Shown: positions 38,721-52,233, numbered from the whole stretch's first letter. The stretch is 63,721 nucleotides of DNA, filler included, from Choristocarpus tenellus KU-1152 (GCA_964200185.2; 12 parts of 12 records of this genome joined end to end with filler, not necessarily neighbours in it); one strand, 5' to 3'. Notes: generated by a model not told the origin, from the letters alone. Numbers and translations: made by a program.

Positions 38721-41700
38721 CTGCCGATGTTCATGAACAACAAAATCAACACAACCTATTGTTAGATCAGCTGGACTTAATTCTTATCAACTCTTGAGGA
38801 CATTGAGTCAAACATCGGATCACTATTGATCATCGCTTCCCTAGAGGTAGGTCTCTTCCGGAAACGGGGAGAGGAATGTGCCAAATAAACAAACAAAAAA
38901 AATGCACGTGTTTAAAAAATACGTTACAGATTTTTACTATGGAAACTTTTTTTTTAATTCCATAATGAAAAATAGTGATTGATTCACCATCTGATCCCTC
39001 CAAGCCGGAACTAGCACAATACATGTAAGCAACACTGCTATAGAGCTCTATCGATGACCAAAGATCAACTGCGCTATCTGTGCATCCAGCTAAGTAAATG
39101 AAAATAAAAATAAAAACACACTAAATGGACCAACCATTTTTTTTTAATACACCATCACTACCGGTACACCCAACTGATGAACATTTATTTGCGTACTCAA
39201 CGAAAATCGCAACCAATACATCCAACTAACTAACTACCAATCGCTTCTCTAGGGGGGAAGATCAATCAGCCAATCAGCTCGTCCTACGGGAGTCTACTCC
39301 CACGTTACACAGACCATGGACTGACACATGAGAAGCACATCGTGTTGGTAGGGATTGGGGGCTCAGCGTGAGTTGCTCAGAGTATGGACTGTGGAAAACA
39401 CTCAACAACAACAATCATCAACATTGGGAACAACCAAAATACTCCCACCTATTTCATGCAATGAAATACATGGATAGTCTAAAAATATCTCGGGGGGGGG
39501 GGGGTCTACACCTGGGCGTTCGTTCGGCTCCTGACCAGGAANNNNNNNNNNNNNNNNNNNNNNNNNNNNNNNNNNNNNNNNNNNNTTAATTAATTAANNN
39601 NNNNNNNNNNNNNNNNNNNNNNNNNNNNNNNNNNNNNNNNNCCCCCCCCTCCCAGATACTTTGGGTCTTATCACCTTTATCCTCTTTGATGATTTGACCG
39701 ATACTTTAACACCAGTGGGATAGACAATAGGATGGAGAGCCAGTGATAGATGTATGTATTGACTCACTAATGTCCATTGATTTGTGTCATGTTCAAGATA
39801 CACTTGCTATACTGAAGACACATGGATAAGGTATTCATAGTAAATAAGTTTAATGTCACAATGCATTGAACCAACGAATATTCAAACAGTTGTTACAGTT
39901 ACTAAGTGTCTGATCCTAAACCTATACAAACAATTGCTAAAACCATGCCAGGAAACACACTCAAAATGAAGTTTAATAGAGTGTTGCACCAGAAGAGAAA
40001 ATGAGAAAATAGGATAACTTGTAAGAGAAATAGCACTTGATTCAACAGTTGAAAGGGTATTCTTGTAGGGTGTGGGTGTGACTAATTGATATTCTGCTCC
40101 ACATATCAAATCGGGAATGTTGAAGAAATTAATCTTTAATATCATTTAAAGATATAAGGTGTCACAGTAGGCTTGAAGTGGGTGTTACCTTCACTGTGTA
40201 GAATAATCTAGCGTCATCCTTATGTTGCGTGTGCTGATACAAATATACCACATAGTTCATCTACGTTTATGTTTAGTTCGGTACAACACAAAGTAGAAAC
40301 GTATATAGCGGTATGATGGGTCAGTCTTTGGTGATACATCAGAGATGATTGATGGCTAAGACAAAGGCCCAGCGGATAATTGACATTCAATGTATGTTCA
40401 CCCTGTAACTAAAACAGTGGCTTTGGGCGACGAGCCTTTCATGCGTTAAGCTTTTCAACAGACTGAGCATTTCTCTGTTAGCAACCAATAGCAAATCAAT
40501 CTAATTTTCAAATTGAGCTTTGGGATTTCTCATCTTATTAAAAACAGTTTGTTGGGATACAATTACTCGTGCAATAAGTTCAACACAATAGTTTCCAATC
40601 AATTATGGTCTTCCCTATCTCTGAATTTTTTTCTTAATCATGTAGATCTAGTTCTATACAAGGAGGCAAAGACTATGTAGAGCTAGTTTCATACAATGGG
40701 CAAAGACTATCTTTGCCAAATAATTTGTGCAAATATGTTATCTCCTGGATGCGGTACTAGTGCGTGGATGTTGGAAAAAATTGGGGCGATCAAATAAAAA
40801 AGCTCTCTCAGGAACTTCTGTAACTACTCACAAGTGTAATGGCAAATTTGACCTGCAAAATAATACCTCTCATGTCATCTAGAGCCCTTTCGATAATAGT
40901 GCGACCAGCGCTGTCTCTCTTCCGTCAAACTTTCCTCGCAGACATTTCGTGACTGCTCACAGGTTGAAGCGAAAAATGTTTTTTCCTATGGTTGACGGAC
41001 AGTACTTGGTCTAGGAATATCGCAAAGAAAAAATAAAACCTGAAAAAATGTGAAAATATCAATAAATGAGATACACGTGGGTACAACAGTTGCAAGACCA
41101 TGGCATGATACACTGCTCCATCATGTATGTAGACATACGTGTCAACACAATGTAACAGGTGTAACTGCCGCCTCCCTGAAGATATGCACCTGACTGTGCA
41201 CTTAATCTATATTGATTACTGGCACGCAAATGATGAGTATGGAGGAGGCGCCATCTCAGCATTGTATTTCGGTGGAAGCCTCGGAAGAGGTACAGAAGTT
41301 CCACTGGAATCGGCAGCAAGAGCTGCGGTCGCATGGTTAGGAACTGGGACATCGAGGGGTTAAACGTCAGGGAGGTTAAGGGTGGGTGAGTAAGACATAC
41401 TCCAGAGTAATAGAAGCACGATGTGTGACAATATATTGACCATTGCATCAGGTAGGAAATGTTGGCCAAACCTGTGTCAAATATCCACATGGAAACGTGA
41501 AGGGGGTTGAGGTTAAGGAGTGACCACAAATTTGGTTAGAGGAAACGCACAACAATGCAAAACCCCCCTGCTTGCACACAACATTTAATGTCGAGTATAT
41601 CAACCTTTCCCCAGTTTATTACTTAGTGCCCCTGCTCTTTCCTTGCACATAACCCAATAGATTGACATCGTTGCACTTGGTGAAAAACACCACAACATGC

Positions 41701-42179
41701 GTGTGCAATTAATCCAATAAAACATGTAGTCTCACCAACAGACTACAAAATATTTGATCATGAAGATATATCTGGATCCACTGAAAAGTGCACCACTCGA
41801 AGTCCAGAATGACAATTGAGTTTTTGCAAGTGGAAGATGTTCTGAGAGAAACGGGGTCATCCAGAAGTCAAGAAACTGTAGAAAATATTATGCTTAACAT
41901 GTGTAGCGAAATCTTGCGATCACATGTTCTACAAAATCCTTGATGAATATTTCTGAAGTTTACCATTATAAATGTTCGATTTTGAAGCCAAAATTTGGTG
42001 GAAGTTTCCTCGCACAGCTGAAATGCTGTTCTTGCGCACACCTCTAAGATAATAATAATAACCCTCAATGCCATCATTACGTTTAAATAATTGGAACATT
42101 TTCAACATACAAGGAACGTTGCCCCAGATAGTGCTTGGAGTATATTTCGCACGTAAGACACTTGATCCAAGATATTCTC

Positions 42180-42780
42180 ACAGCACATTTCCTTCATAGC
42201 GTATGATATTGTGTATGATTGGCAATCTGGGACAACTGTTGGATCACATGTAAAACACAAGAGTATTATACAAGAATGCTCTACATCATCCACAATGTAA
42301 TGCAGTTGCTTCTAACCGAAAGAAATACCACATCACATCATTTAAAACTGGTGTTGTGTTGTATAGTGTGGCATTACACACGAACATCCAAATGGTGTTG
42401 ACTGTGTGCAGTCCAGTACTGTGGTAGAACATGTGTTACTTACCAAAAATACGGTGTACCACATGTTTAGCTTACCTACCTGCCTACTACTTAGGAATAC
42501 AGTAAAGGTTTTACTCCATTCCAGTAGCTGTGGCATGTTGGGCTTGTAATCTTCTGTAGCCTTCCCAACAATTCCACTTGACAGCATTTATGTTATGCAC
42601 ACAAGCACCCAAAGCCCGTGACAACCCTCAAACCCATTTTTTGTATAATGTTCGTCATTAAGAAACACTTTCGGAGTCCATTTTACTCTAAACATAGTAG
42701 ATGTTGTCGAAATAGCACCATGTTGCCTAGAACTACAAAGCCTATTCCACGCTACCATTGCCTTAGCCAAGGTGTACATC
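42180..42780 (-). pseudogene. Possible decayed ERV1/ALR-type thiol oxidase sequence (viral-like)
   Basis: Stop-riddled translation NTIWMFVCNATLY...WYFFRLEATALHCG*CRAFL...IIHNII resembles the ERV W..H..A..Y / CxxC / HN pattern; weak. Confidence 0.25.
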
Positions 42781-43418
42781 TATCATATCTAATCAATTTT
42801 CTGATTGTTTGCCATTTTTCAAGAGTTTACTACAAAACCTTTTTGATCCTTGATTTTGCTACCGATGTCAACAAGTATGACTTTTATGCCAGACTTCTAC
42901 GTATATGGCAGTGGGTAGCTCAAAAATAGAAAAAAAATGAGTAAAAATTACAGTTAGCCAACATGTGTCACCGAGAACAAAAGTAGCACTTCTGTGGAAT
43001 TATTTTCATTTTCGAATTTGAAGAGTCTGAAAATTTACATGGTCTATACAACACACAAATCAAGGGCAGGTGCTCTGAAATCTAACATCACCTCTTCAGT
43101 ACATAGAGAGAAAACAGGAACCCAAGAAATGCTAAAAAAATATATTTCAAACTGAAAACATGACCCAAAGTATCTGCGAGGGGGGNNNNNNNNNNNNNNN
43201 NNNNNNNNNNNNNNNNNNNNNNNNNNNNNTTAATTAATTAANNNNNNNNNNNNNNNNNNNNNNNNNNNNNNNNNNNNNNNNNNNNACCTTTTTTTTTGTT
43301 GGTGGGAGTTAAGACGGGGGGTCTTCCCATTCCAAAAATTCCAAAAAAACCCCCCCCCCCCCCCCCCCCCCCCCCCTCCCGCCCTGCCCTGCCCTTTTTT
43401 TTGTATCTTTTGTCTAAC

Positions 43419-45879
43419 CTGGCAGTAAATCCGTGCAGTGAACTCTTGACCGGTATCTTCCACCCTTAGTGCCGGGAGAACGTCGTGGTTTGCTCTGGAT
43501 AGTGTCTTTTGCACCTCATCCTGATGTAGCATTGTATTGACAACCACATTGTATAGACAACCACATTGTGTTAACCACATTGTATGAACCACATTGTATT
43601 GACAACCACATTGTGTTAACCACATTGTATAGACAACCACATTGTGTTAACCACATTGTATTGACAACCACATTGTACAGACAACTTCATTGTGTTAACC
43701 ACATTGTATAGACAACCACATTGTATTAACCACATTGATTGACAACCACATTGTATTAACCACAACAGCAACAAACAACATACAAAAAAAAGAACAGAAC
43801 GGCACTCAGCAATACATCAAAAAAAAAATCAATAAAATTGAAATAAAACAAAAATAAAACAACCTATCAACAGGTCATAAGGCGCCATCAAGATTTCAAT
43901 TGTGCACACAAAAAACAACAATAATAAAATAATAATAATAATACTAATAATAGTAACAATACCAACAGTAATAATACTAATAATAATACTAATAAGAGTA
44001 ACGATACCAACAGCAATAATAGCAATAACAACAATACTAATAATAGTAATAATAATAATAATAACAATAATAATAGTTAACAATAATGATAATAATAACA
44101 ATAAAAATAGCAATAACAGTAATAATAACAAAAATAATACAAATCACATAGAAAAGAGAAAAATAAAAAAATAGAGTTGACAAAACCAACACACAGACAC
44201 CGATAAAAGTATCCCCTCGTTTGAATCCACCAGCAATGCAATCACACGTTCTGTTCTTTTATCTTTTTTTTGTATTTTTTTTCTCCTGTTCTACAGTGTA
44301 CAGCTTTTTACTAGACCCTCAAAATACATACAAGAATACATCAAATATATATATATATATATATATATCGATTATAATGAAAAAAATGGTGACGGTTACA
44401 AATGAAACAAAAAGGAACAACGGTAGTCACGTATCGTCAAGAACAGTGATGAGAAATATATATATATATATATATATATGTATATTTAATTCATAAAAAA
44501 AGAAAGTAGGACAGGATGTGAAAAAGCACACACTATTTTTTATTATTAATATAAATGTTTCTCAACGCGGGTAGGGTCAGGGTCAGGGTTACAGAAGCCA
44601 CAAGTGACTTTGTGCTATGTGCTCATAATTCACAGGTGGCATTGTCGCATGTGTTGCATCAGGATAGCAACAAGGTACAAGGTTAGATAGCACCACAAAA
44701 CACCAATACAGTTAGGGTTAGGGTTAATTCGCTACAAATGTGCAAATGCCATTTTGAGTAAGGACCAAGGATTGTAACCAGAAAGAAAAAAAGGGAATTG
44801 AAAATAATTTTTAAAAATGTATACGAATGTATCATCACGCCTCAGACACTGCAACAATCAGCACTGCGCCATTCCTCCTTAACTCAGAACCAAGACATTC
44901 ACAATGCCTCTTACATCCCATTACATCCCGTTACACCTGAATTAAAAAAACAATGATGTGCCTCATAACATCCCAATAAAATAAAATAATTTTCTCTTTT
45001 TTTTTAAACACACACACACACACACACTTACACACAACACATCTAATACCCTCCCACAATACTCTAGACAAAAACCACAAACACATGTCATGTCCCATGG
45101 TATATTATCGCTCCAGTCCAAGGTATACACGCAGCACACGGTATATGACTCGAGAGACTCTCAATTCAATTCAAATCAATTCAATTCAAATCAATTCAAT
45201 TCAATTCAATTCAAATCAAATCAAATCAAATCAAATCAAATCAAATCAAATCAAATCAAAGCCGTGTAGTGTATCATCATGTACAGAGAGAGAGAGAGAA
45301 AAAAAAAGTGCTGACAATAATTGTGTTGCAAAGACCTCATGCCATCCAGAAGGCGATACTAAAAATATATACGGTACAAATATATATACAACTATACATG
45401 TATGTATGTATGTATGTATGTATGTATGTATGTATGTATGTATGTATGTATGTATGTATGTATGTATGAGTTCCCATCGAACCAATCGTGAGACGATTTT
45501 CTGATAGAAAAAATATATAAAACAAATAATACAAAATATCAAAAATTGACCCACAACTCAGAATCATTACACCATAATAATAATAATAATAGTATCATTA
45601 AATTATATGTTGCAACTCACCTCGGACATTGGTGGACTCAGGGGGGGATGATCGTTGAGTCGATGGAACTGTTCTATCTTTCCATCATCGTTTATCTGAC
45701 ATCATCATCATCATCATCATTTTGGTTTTTAAAAAAAGGGGGGGAGGGGGGGGGCGGGGGGGGGGGTTGGTTACTCGTTACAGAAAATAAACAACNNNNN
45801 NNNNNGTATATATCTTTTTTTTTTTTTTTTCGTTGTGTGTGTAGACGGCTAAATTTTCTGTTGTTTGTTTGTTGTAAGA

Positions 45880-45917
<38 letters not shown>

Positions 45918-47039
45918 GGTTACTCGTTACAGAAAATAAACAACGTAATGAAACCATCATAAAAGAATCTATACTCACTATTCAACAATAACAATAATAA
46001 TAATAATAACAAAAAATGCTCAACTTGTGTGTGGTTAAACTTCCCAACAAAAAAAAATTGCAATTAATACCATTTCATTTTTTATTATTTTTCAAAAATG
46101 AAATAAATTTTTAAAACGAAAATAAGCATCACCACCGCCTGTCTCAAACGAAAAGAAGCCCTACTGACAAACTTTCTCACTGTGCACAGACTCCAAATAA
46201 AAAACACAAAAAGATCCCTACTCTTGTGAACTTTCTTTTTTAAATTAAAAATAAAAAAGGGCCGTGCACTCCATTGATACAACCATACATCTTCCCGCGC
46301 AAGTGTTACATAGAATAAGAATAATATTAATAAAAATAAACATACACACAACTCAGTTAAACATATTACAGTTGCAGACATCTCAATGGTATCATACAAT
46401 AACAATAATAATAAATATACACACAAATCAGTCAAATTCATTACACTTACAGGCATCTTAATGGTATCACACAACAGTAGCAATAATAATAATAATAATG
46501 ACACTCACCTCTTCTCTTGTTTCCCATGTACAGAACTGATAGGACAAGTTACACCACTTCACCAGATACTTCTGGACAGGCACCACCCGCACCTGCTTAA
46601 ACACACACAAAAAAAAAAACACCCGACCAGCCAAACAGTCAAGCAGTCAAGCATGCAAGGATTATCATACAGCAGGCACAGAGAGTAAAGTTGTATGGTC
46701 AAACAGTAGAGAGAGAGCAGACTGAACTCCAGTGAGAGAGAAGTTCTGACAGGCAAGACATGCTTCCGTTAAAGAGAGAATCTACCTTATAACCCTAACC
46801 CTGGGTCAAAGAGTTAAAAGGTTAACTAATACTGTCAGAATTGCACCATGCTAGAGGGGAGTCAACGTTCTTCTTAGGAAAAAGATTTTCCGTGCCCGTA
46901 CTGACCTCGCTACTTTACTTTACTTTACTTTACTTTACTTTACTTTACTGTACTTTACCTTGCTGTCTTTACTGTACTTCACTTTACTTTACTATACACA
47001 ACATGCATTACATCGCCTGCGAAGGTTACTCCTCAAAAC

Positions 47040-47074
<35 letters not shown>

Positions 47075-47470
47075 AAAGTGCAGCATATCAAAAGCGTGAA
47101 ATAAAGGTAGTCTCCTAATGTCCTTACATAGTCTGCAACAAGTCTAGCCTCCCCCCCCCCCCTTCCTTTCAACACACACAACCATACACACAAGGATGGA
47201 GGAGATAGAACAGACATCATGATAAACATGGTGCGAAAAGAAACATTTGCACCAATAGAAACACTTGAATACCAAACTCAGCCAATCTAATGCATCAATT
47301 TCTGCCCATCTGCCAATACAATAATATTAATATAAGGGGACAACACGCACCTCAGGTTCCGGCTCCTGTGTCCTAGCAGCCAAGTCCTCCTCCATGGCAT
47401 GGGAGTACAACGTATGTCCCTTGTGCAACTGGTCTTGGCACCGAGGACACAACCACTGCTTCTTCGGAAC
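43419..47470 (-). CDS. Internal exons of a PHD-finger plus chromodomain chromatin protein
   Basis: Phase-0 exons 47470-47351 (VPKKQWLCPRC, PHD C-terminus), 46592-46509 (KYLVKWCNLSYQFCTWE, chromodomain), 45695-45621 (INDDGKIEQF) and 43520-43419. Confidence 0.8.
43530..43764. repeat. Intronic minisatellite, AACCACATTGT core, 17/14-bp units
   Basis: About 15 units, largely alternating ATWGAC and GTT/ATT spacers. Confidence 0.95.
43915..44140. repeat. (AAT)n-rich microsatellite
   Basis: Degenerate AAT/AAC/AGT run. Confidence 0.9.
45161..45259. repeat. (TCAAT/TCAAA)n pentanucleotide microsatellite
   Basis: Directly visible. Confidence 0.95.
45398..45468. repeat. (ATGT)n microsatellite
   Basis: Directly visible. 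Confidence 0.97.
46910..46958. repeat. (TACTT)n microsatellite
   Basis: Directly visible. Confidence 0.9.
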
Positions 47471-48059
47471 CTTTCTCGGGGGGTGAGAGGTGGGGGGTGG
47501 GGGGTGGGGGGGTGGGGAAGGGAAGGGAAGGGAAGAATCCACAAAAATAAAANNNNNNNNNNNNNNNNNNNNNNNNNNNNNNNNNNNNNNNNNNNNTTAA
47601 TTAATTAANNNNNNNNNNNNNNNNNNNNNNNNNNNNNNNNNNNNNNNNNNNNCACCATTTCGGTCAAACCCATCCTCCATGAAATGATCCATCCGCCAAT
47701 ATCATGATCCGCTGTTCAGTGCTGAATGTATGGGAAATCATGCTTAAGTTGTGGTTAGACGGTTTGATCTAGTGAAGGTATGTGGCATTGGCGAAGATAC
47801 AGTAGTGTATGTGGTGTTCATTCTCGCATATGCACATTTATTGCGAAGGGTACACTAGTAATTCACACCCTGAAAAAGTTTCTTTCACCATTTATATACT
47901 ACCTCAGTGCCATAAGTTTGTGCCGCGAAACATCTGGGCTCGCCGAGCGAAAACGGCGCCGAATCGGATGATAAACCCACAGAATGAAATCGGGTTGACA
48001 ATCTCAGCTTTCAGAAAAGGTGGGGGTCGAGGATCATCAGGTACAAACTCGAGGTGCTT

Positions 48060-49110
48060 CAAGCTGTCAAAGTAGTTTTTTTGGGGGGTGATTTTTTAGA
48101 CCAGAATTGGGTATGTCGAGCGTCAGAACATTGGGCTGAATTATAGCACAAGCACCATAAAGAGGTGGTTGGATGATATCGGGACCATGCCGAATCATCG
48201 CTGGAGATCAAATCCAAGCTTACATCGTGGCAAAAGGTACGGATAATAGACTTTGTTTGCGATCAAGTGGATCGGAAAGGTGGTGCGTACGCCTCCGTGG
48301 CAAACACAATCTATGTGGATGAAACCTGGTTTTACGTGATGGCTGATGGGGTAAGGGTTAGGGTATTTCTATATGAGGATGATAGCGACCTCCCAGGGTC
48401 CCCTACTGTGCAGCACAAGAGTCATATCCCCAAAACCATGATCATTGCAGCCAACGCCCACTCAGATTCGGCTCACAGCTTTGATGGAAAGCTTGGTGTT
48501 TGGCATATGTGTGCGCCAAAAACGGCAGACAGGACAAGCAAGAACCATAAAAAGGGGGATGTATATGAGCAGGACTGTACTTTAGACCATTTGTGGTACA
48601 AGAAGTGGTATACGGAGGAGTTACTGCCTGCAATCAAGACCAAGATGCCTTGGTTGCAGGGGAAGCACGTTTTCGTTCAGCAAGGCAGTGCCACCCCCCA
48701 CATGGGCAAGGGCGACTCAGAAATCATTTCAGGGGCAGGGAAGACTGAGGGGTGGTCGATTAGGCTTGTGACGCAGCCATCTAACTCCCCCGACCTCAAT
48801 ATGATGGACCTGTGCTTCTTCAGGTCTTTGAAATGCCGGGTGATGGGGTAGTGGTTTGGGTCCGTTGAGGAGATAGTGAAGGTCATTAAGAAACAGTATG
48901 AGGAGTATGATGAAACCACACTTGAGAGGGCTTGATAGCTCCTTTTTTTGGTGTACAATCAAGTACTTAGATACAAAGGGGGGAATGACTTCAGTGTAGA
49001 GGACACAGGGGTAAGGAAGAGGCAGTTGTCTGGTGAACTTGAAAACACGCCGAAGATAGACATGCAGCTTTTTCTGTGACTGATAAAATTGTGATGGATG
49101 GGGAGTAATG
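48060..49110 (+). pseudogene. Tc1/mariner transposase relic (plant/oomycete DD39D-like lineage)
   Basis: IYVDETWFY; QHKSHIPKTM; FDGKLG; LLPAIKTKMPW; VQQGSATPH (second D replaced by G); QPSNSPDLNMMDL; frameshifts and stops. Confidence 0.9.
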
Positions 49111-49574
49111 ATAAGAAGAGCTGACCCTAACCAGAAATTTGTCGATTCCAAATCTTCTTTCACTTTCAGAAATGAATTTCATCATCACCAAGAGTTATGG
49201 ACAATGCGGCGCAGACTTGTGACATGAAGGTAGCTGTCTGACATTTTGCGGATGTGTCAGGGAAAAAGTCAAACCAATATCATCACAAGGACCTCAGTAA
49301 AATTAATAGTTGTCGTAAATGTGAAAGATATCTCTCGAAAATCTGTTCTGTTTACTATTTGAATATCTCACCTATACCACAAGCACCCCTTAAGGCTTGG
49401 AAACTACTTCGTTAAATTTCTTTCGCCATCAACAGTTTTTTCTTAGTCCTACTGTAAATCAAATATATCATACCAGAACAAAATGTTGGATACTGGTCGA
49501 TCACAGTCGGAATTTTTTTACTCCGCCTTCCAACATTTCGTAACCTGTAAGATATATTCAAGAAGCAAAATTAC

Positions 49575-49648
49575 CGGTCCCGGTGAGGATTGAACTCACG
49601 ACCTCTCGATTAACAGTCGAACGCTCTAACCAGCTGAGCTACGGGACC
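49575..49648 (-). tRNA. trnN-GUU: tRNA-Asn(GTT)
   Basis: Identical cloverleaf to the copies at 36799 and 37112. Confidence 0.97.
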
Positions 49649-49799
49649 TTCACTCTCTCCACCTTATGATAACAGCTTATGATACCGACCCTAACATGTG
49701 ATGATGTACCTGGAGTGATTCCTCTCCCTCTTTGGGGTCACGTTGGTGGTCGACTTTGGCCTTTAGTTCATTCAGTTAGTGGCACACCACTCTCTGTCA

Positions 49800-50100
49800 G
49801 CTCATCGCATGCACCAAGGACTCGGTGATTGATGCTCTTCACTCCCCCATAGATTGTGGGCGTTTGCATTGATGAAAACAAACCATTTGACGTTCTTAGA
49901 GGGCATCTGTTCCACCCCTCCTTGAATGGTCCCCCGAACTTTTCCTTCTCCCCAAAGCTGTCTTGCACTTTCCACTATTTTCCCTTGGAACGTGTCCCAC
50001 AACGATTGCCGCAAGGTGTGTTTGTGGGCTACAAAACAAGTTAAGGCCCTCTAAGTATTGTCTGTGTTGGCCAGTTGTTGACCCTTTTTTTTCTAGTTAC
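49800..50100 (+). mobile_element. Old Copia integrase/SH3 fragment
   Basis: SSLPHRLWAFALMKTNHL and ..GVFVGY in different frames. Confidence 0.4.
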
Positions 50101-50521
50101 AAAATGAGGTTTCCCGGACCAGGTAGCACTCAATTGTATCTCAGTTTAATCTAGAGAGTTTCCTGCAAGTCCTTATTTTTTTTCTTTCACCTGTAGGGAC
50201 TGTTCTTGTGCAAATTACCTTTGGAGGTAATGCTATTTCTCAGTAGTGAAGATAAGAGGATGTGAAGCCTGACACGACCCCTTTCGCTGAACGTGAAAAG
50301 AATGGATGGTTGAAATTAGAAGGGTGACGTTTGTGGGGTGTCTTCTCATTGATTGTTTATTGTTATTGTTGTGTTTTCGCTATCTATTTCAAAGAAGCGA
50401 AAGGGAACGAATAATAAACAANNNNNNNNNNNNNNNNNNNNNNNNNNNNNNNNNNNNNNNNNNNNTTAATTAATTAANNNNNNNNNNNNNNNNNNNNNNN
50501 NNNNNNNNNNNNNNNNNNNNN

Positions 50522-50579
50522 ATGAAAAAATTGAACCCAAATGGACAGCCGCCACCCCCCCCCCCAGATGCTTTGAGTC
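50522..50579. mobile_element. MITE family B partial
   Basis: CCAAATGGACAGCCGCCACCCC..CAGATGCTTTGAGTC. Confidence 0.8.
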
Positions 50580-51880
50580 TTTCTGGGAAAGCAGGTGCTA
50601 TGGATGAGTGCAGGGAACACTTTTTTTTCTTATTTTATCACATTATTATTTTCAATATTGTTACTGCTACGGTTGTTGATACATTGAATATTTTACCTTA
50701 TATTCCCAAGTTTGTTCAATTCATCATTTTCTGTTGTTTTGTGCATTCAATAAATTGACTTGATGTGTAAAAGAAGAAGAAAAAAATGCGAATGGGCCAC
50801 ATAAAAAAAGAGGAACAACACGAGCCAAAACGGAACCAAGCGCTGCTCTGGGCGGCAGATGATGCTATTGAGCAAATGGGCTCGGACATTACGTTGCTGG
50901 ACCATGGATATCTATTAGCCAGCAAAGGGTGCCAAACATTGCATTGATGGTGGAGGATATGGGCAAGCCCTTGCACTAGACAACCGACATGACAGAACAG
51001 AGAAAGGTACTCTCAAGTGTTGGAGTATGATGAACAGCTGATGATACAGAGCAACTTGCCCCCGAATGCTGTCCTGGTAGTGGATGCTGTTGAGTAAAAC
51101 AGCCTGGACATTGTCATGGAGAACGGACTATAAACAAATAGGGTTGAGTGTTCTGGGGGTAGCGCTAGTGTTTTGGCATCGCGCTATTCGATGTGCTGAA
51201 TTAATGAACTACAGCGCATACCTATCGGATCTGCGGTATTCCCGTCGTGCAAGGCACTACTAATACATGCTTCAATCTGGGGTGTTCTTACAGCAGCCAG
51301 CAGTAGTTTCAACAGAAAACAGCATCACACTATTGATGTCTTGACCGGGAATTGAACTCAGGACTGTTGCCACCAAACACCAACTGGCGGAACAACAACA
51401 AGGAATGATAGGGAAAATGTGCTAGGAAGCCGCGTTTTCGTTGATCATAAAGCTCGACCGTAGATGATAAAATCTCAACTGTAGCCACGGATCGTACCCA
51501 GGTGGTCACCAAGAGTTTGCAATTGCCGTCCGCACCCAGTCACAACGGAAAGAAAATTTAATATACAAATATAGTTTTGTCTCACTCATATTAATAACCA
51601 TAAGAGAAATGGCATAAGCAAAAGCCTTTCGATAATTTATTCGACGAAACAGGACAGGATGGGCACAAATTCGATCTATTAAGCCTTTTTTGTTTGGGAT
51701 TGACGTCATGCACTTTGGGGGATGTAAATATTCACTACTTTCATGCCGACCTCCTTTGTCAAAGGAACATCTGTGAAAATTTTGCTGAGAGGGACATTGT
51801 AAGGGCAATCACACTCAAGTGCTTTTGGCCCAAGCCATATATATACCTGTTGCTCTTCATCCACACCAGTGGCGTCTTAC

Positions 51881-52025
51881 CTCGAGACACGACTTTGGTA
51901 TGCCAATTCTTGACTGCTTTGAATGACTCCCGATCATCCAGGTCGAACAAGAGCAGGGCACAGCTTGCCCCTTTCATCACGACATCAGTTAGGTCAACTC
52001 CCCAAGAAGCCGGAATGTCCCACAG
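51881..52025 (-). CDS. Exon of an atypical Rab/Ras-like small GTPase domain
   Basis: CAG|LWDIPASWGVDLTDVVMKGASCALLLFDLDDRESFKAVKNW|GTAAG matches the G3-to-helix-3 region of Rab GTPases. Confidence 0.65.
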
Positions 52026-52233
52026 CTGGTTAGGGCACGAGGTATAGGAATGCAGAGAGGTGAAGGGAAAATTAATTCCAGCAGTCAGGGATGGGGAGCC
52101 CATGCTCCAGGATAGATGGCAAACTACGTCAGGGTTGATGGGGAAGTCTCAGGGGAAGGTGCATTAGCCACCGTAGTGGCAGCAGAGGGAAAGGGGCGAG
52201 TGATGTTTGAACAATATTTCACCCTCCAGTGTT

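Noticed and set aside
39174-39210. Hammerhead-like CTGATGA...GAAA
   Set aside because: No stem II pairing or flanking stems.
43530-43764. CRISPR-like repeat/spacer appearance
   Set aside because: The core is only 11 bp, the 'spacers' are 3-6 bp and recurrent, the context is a eukaryotic intron, and no cas genes are present.
43829-44174. Ile/Leu/Asn-rich ORFs that look like membrane proteins
   Set aside because: Translations of an (AAT)n microsatellite. The same applies to ORFs at 45085-45567 and 46085-46504.
48060-49560. Fanzor/TnpB cargo beside the mariner transposase
   Set aside because: No RuvC or zinc-finger motifs and no suitable ORF seen downstream.
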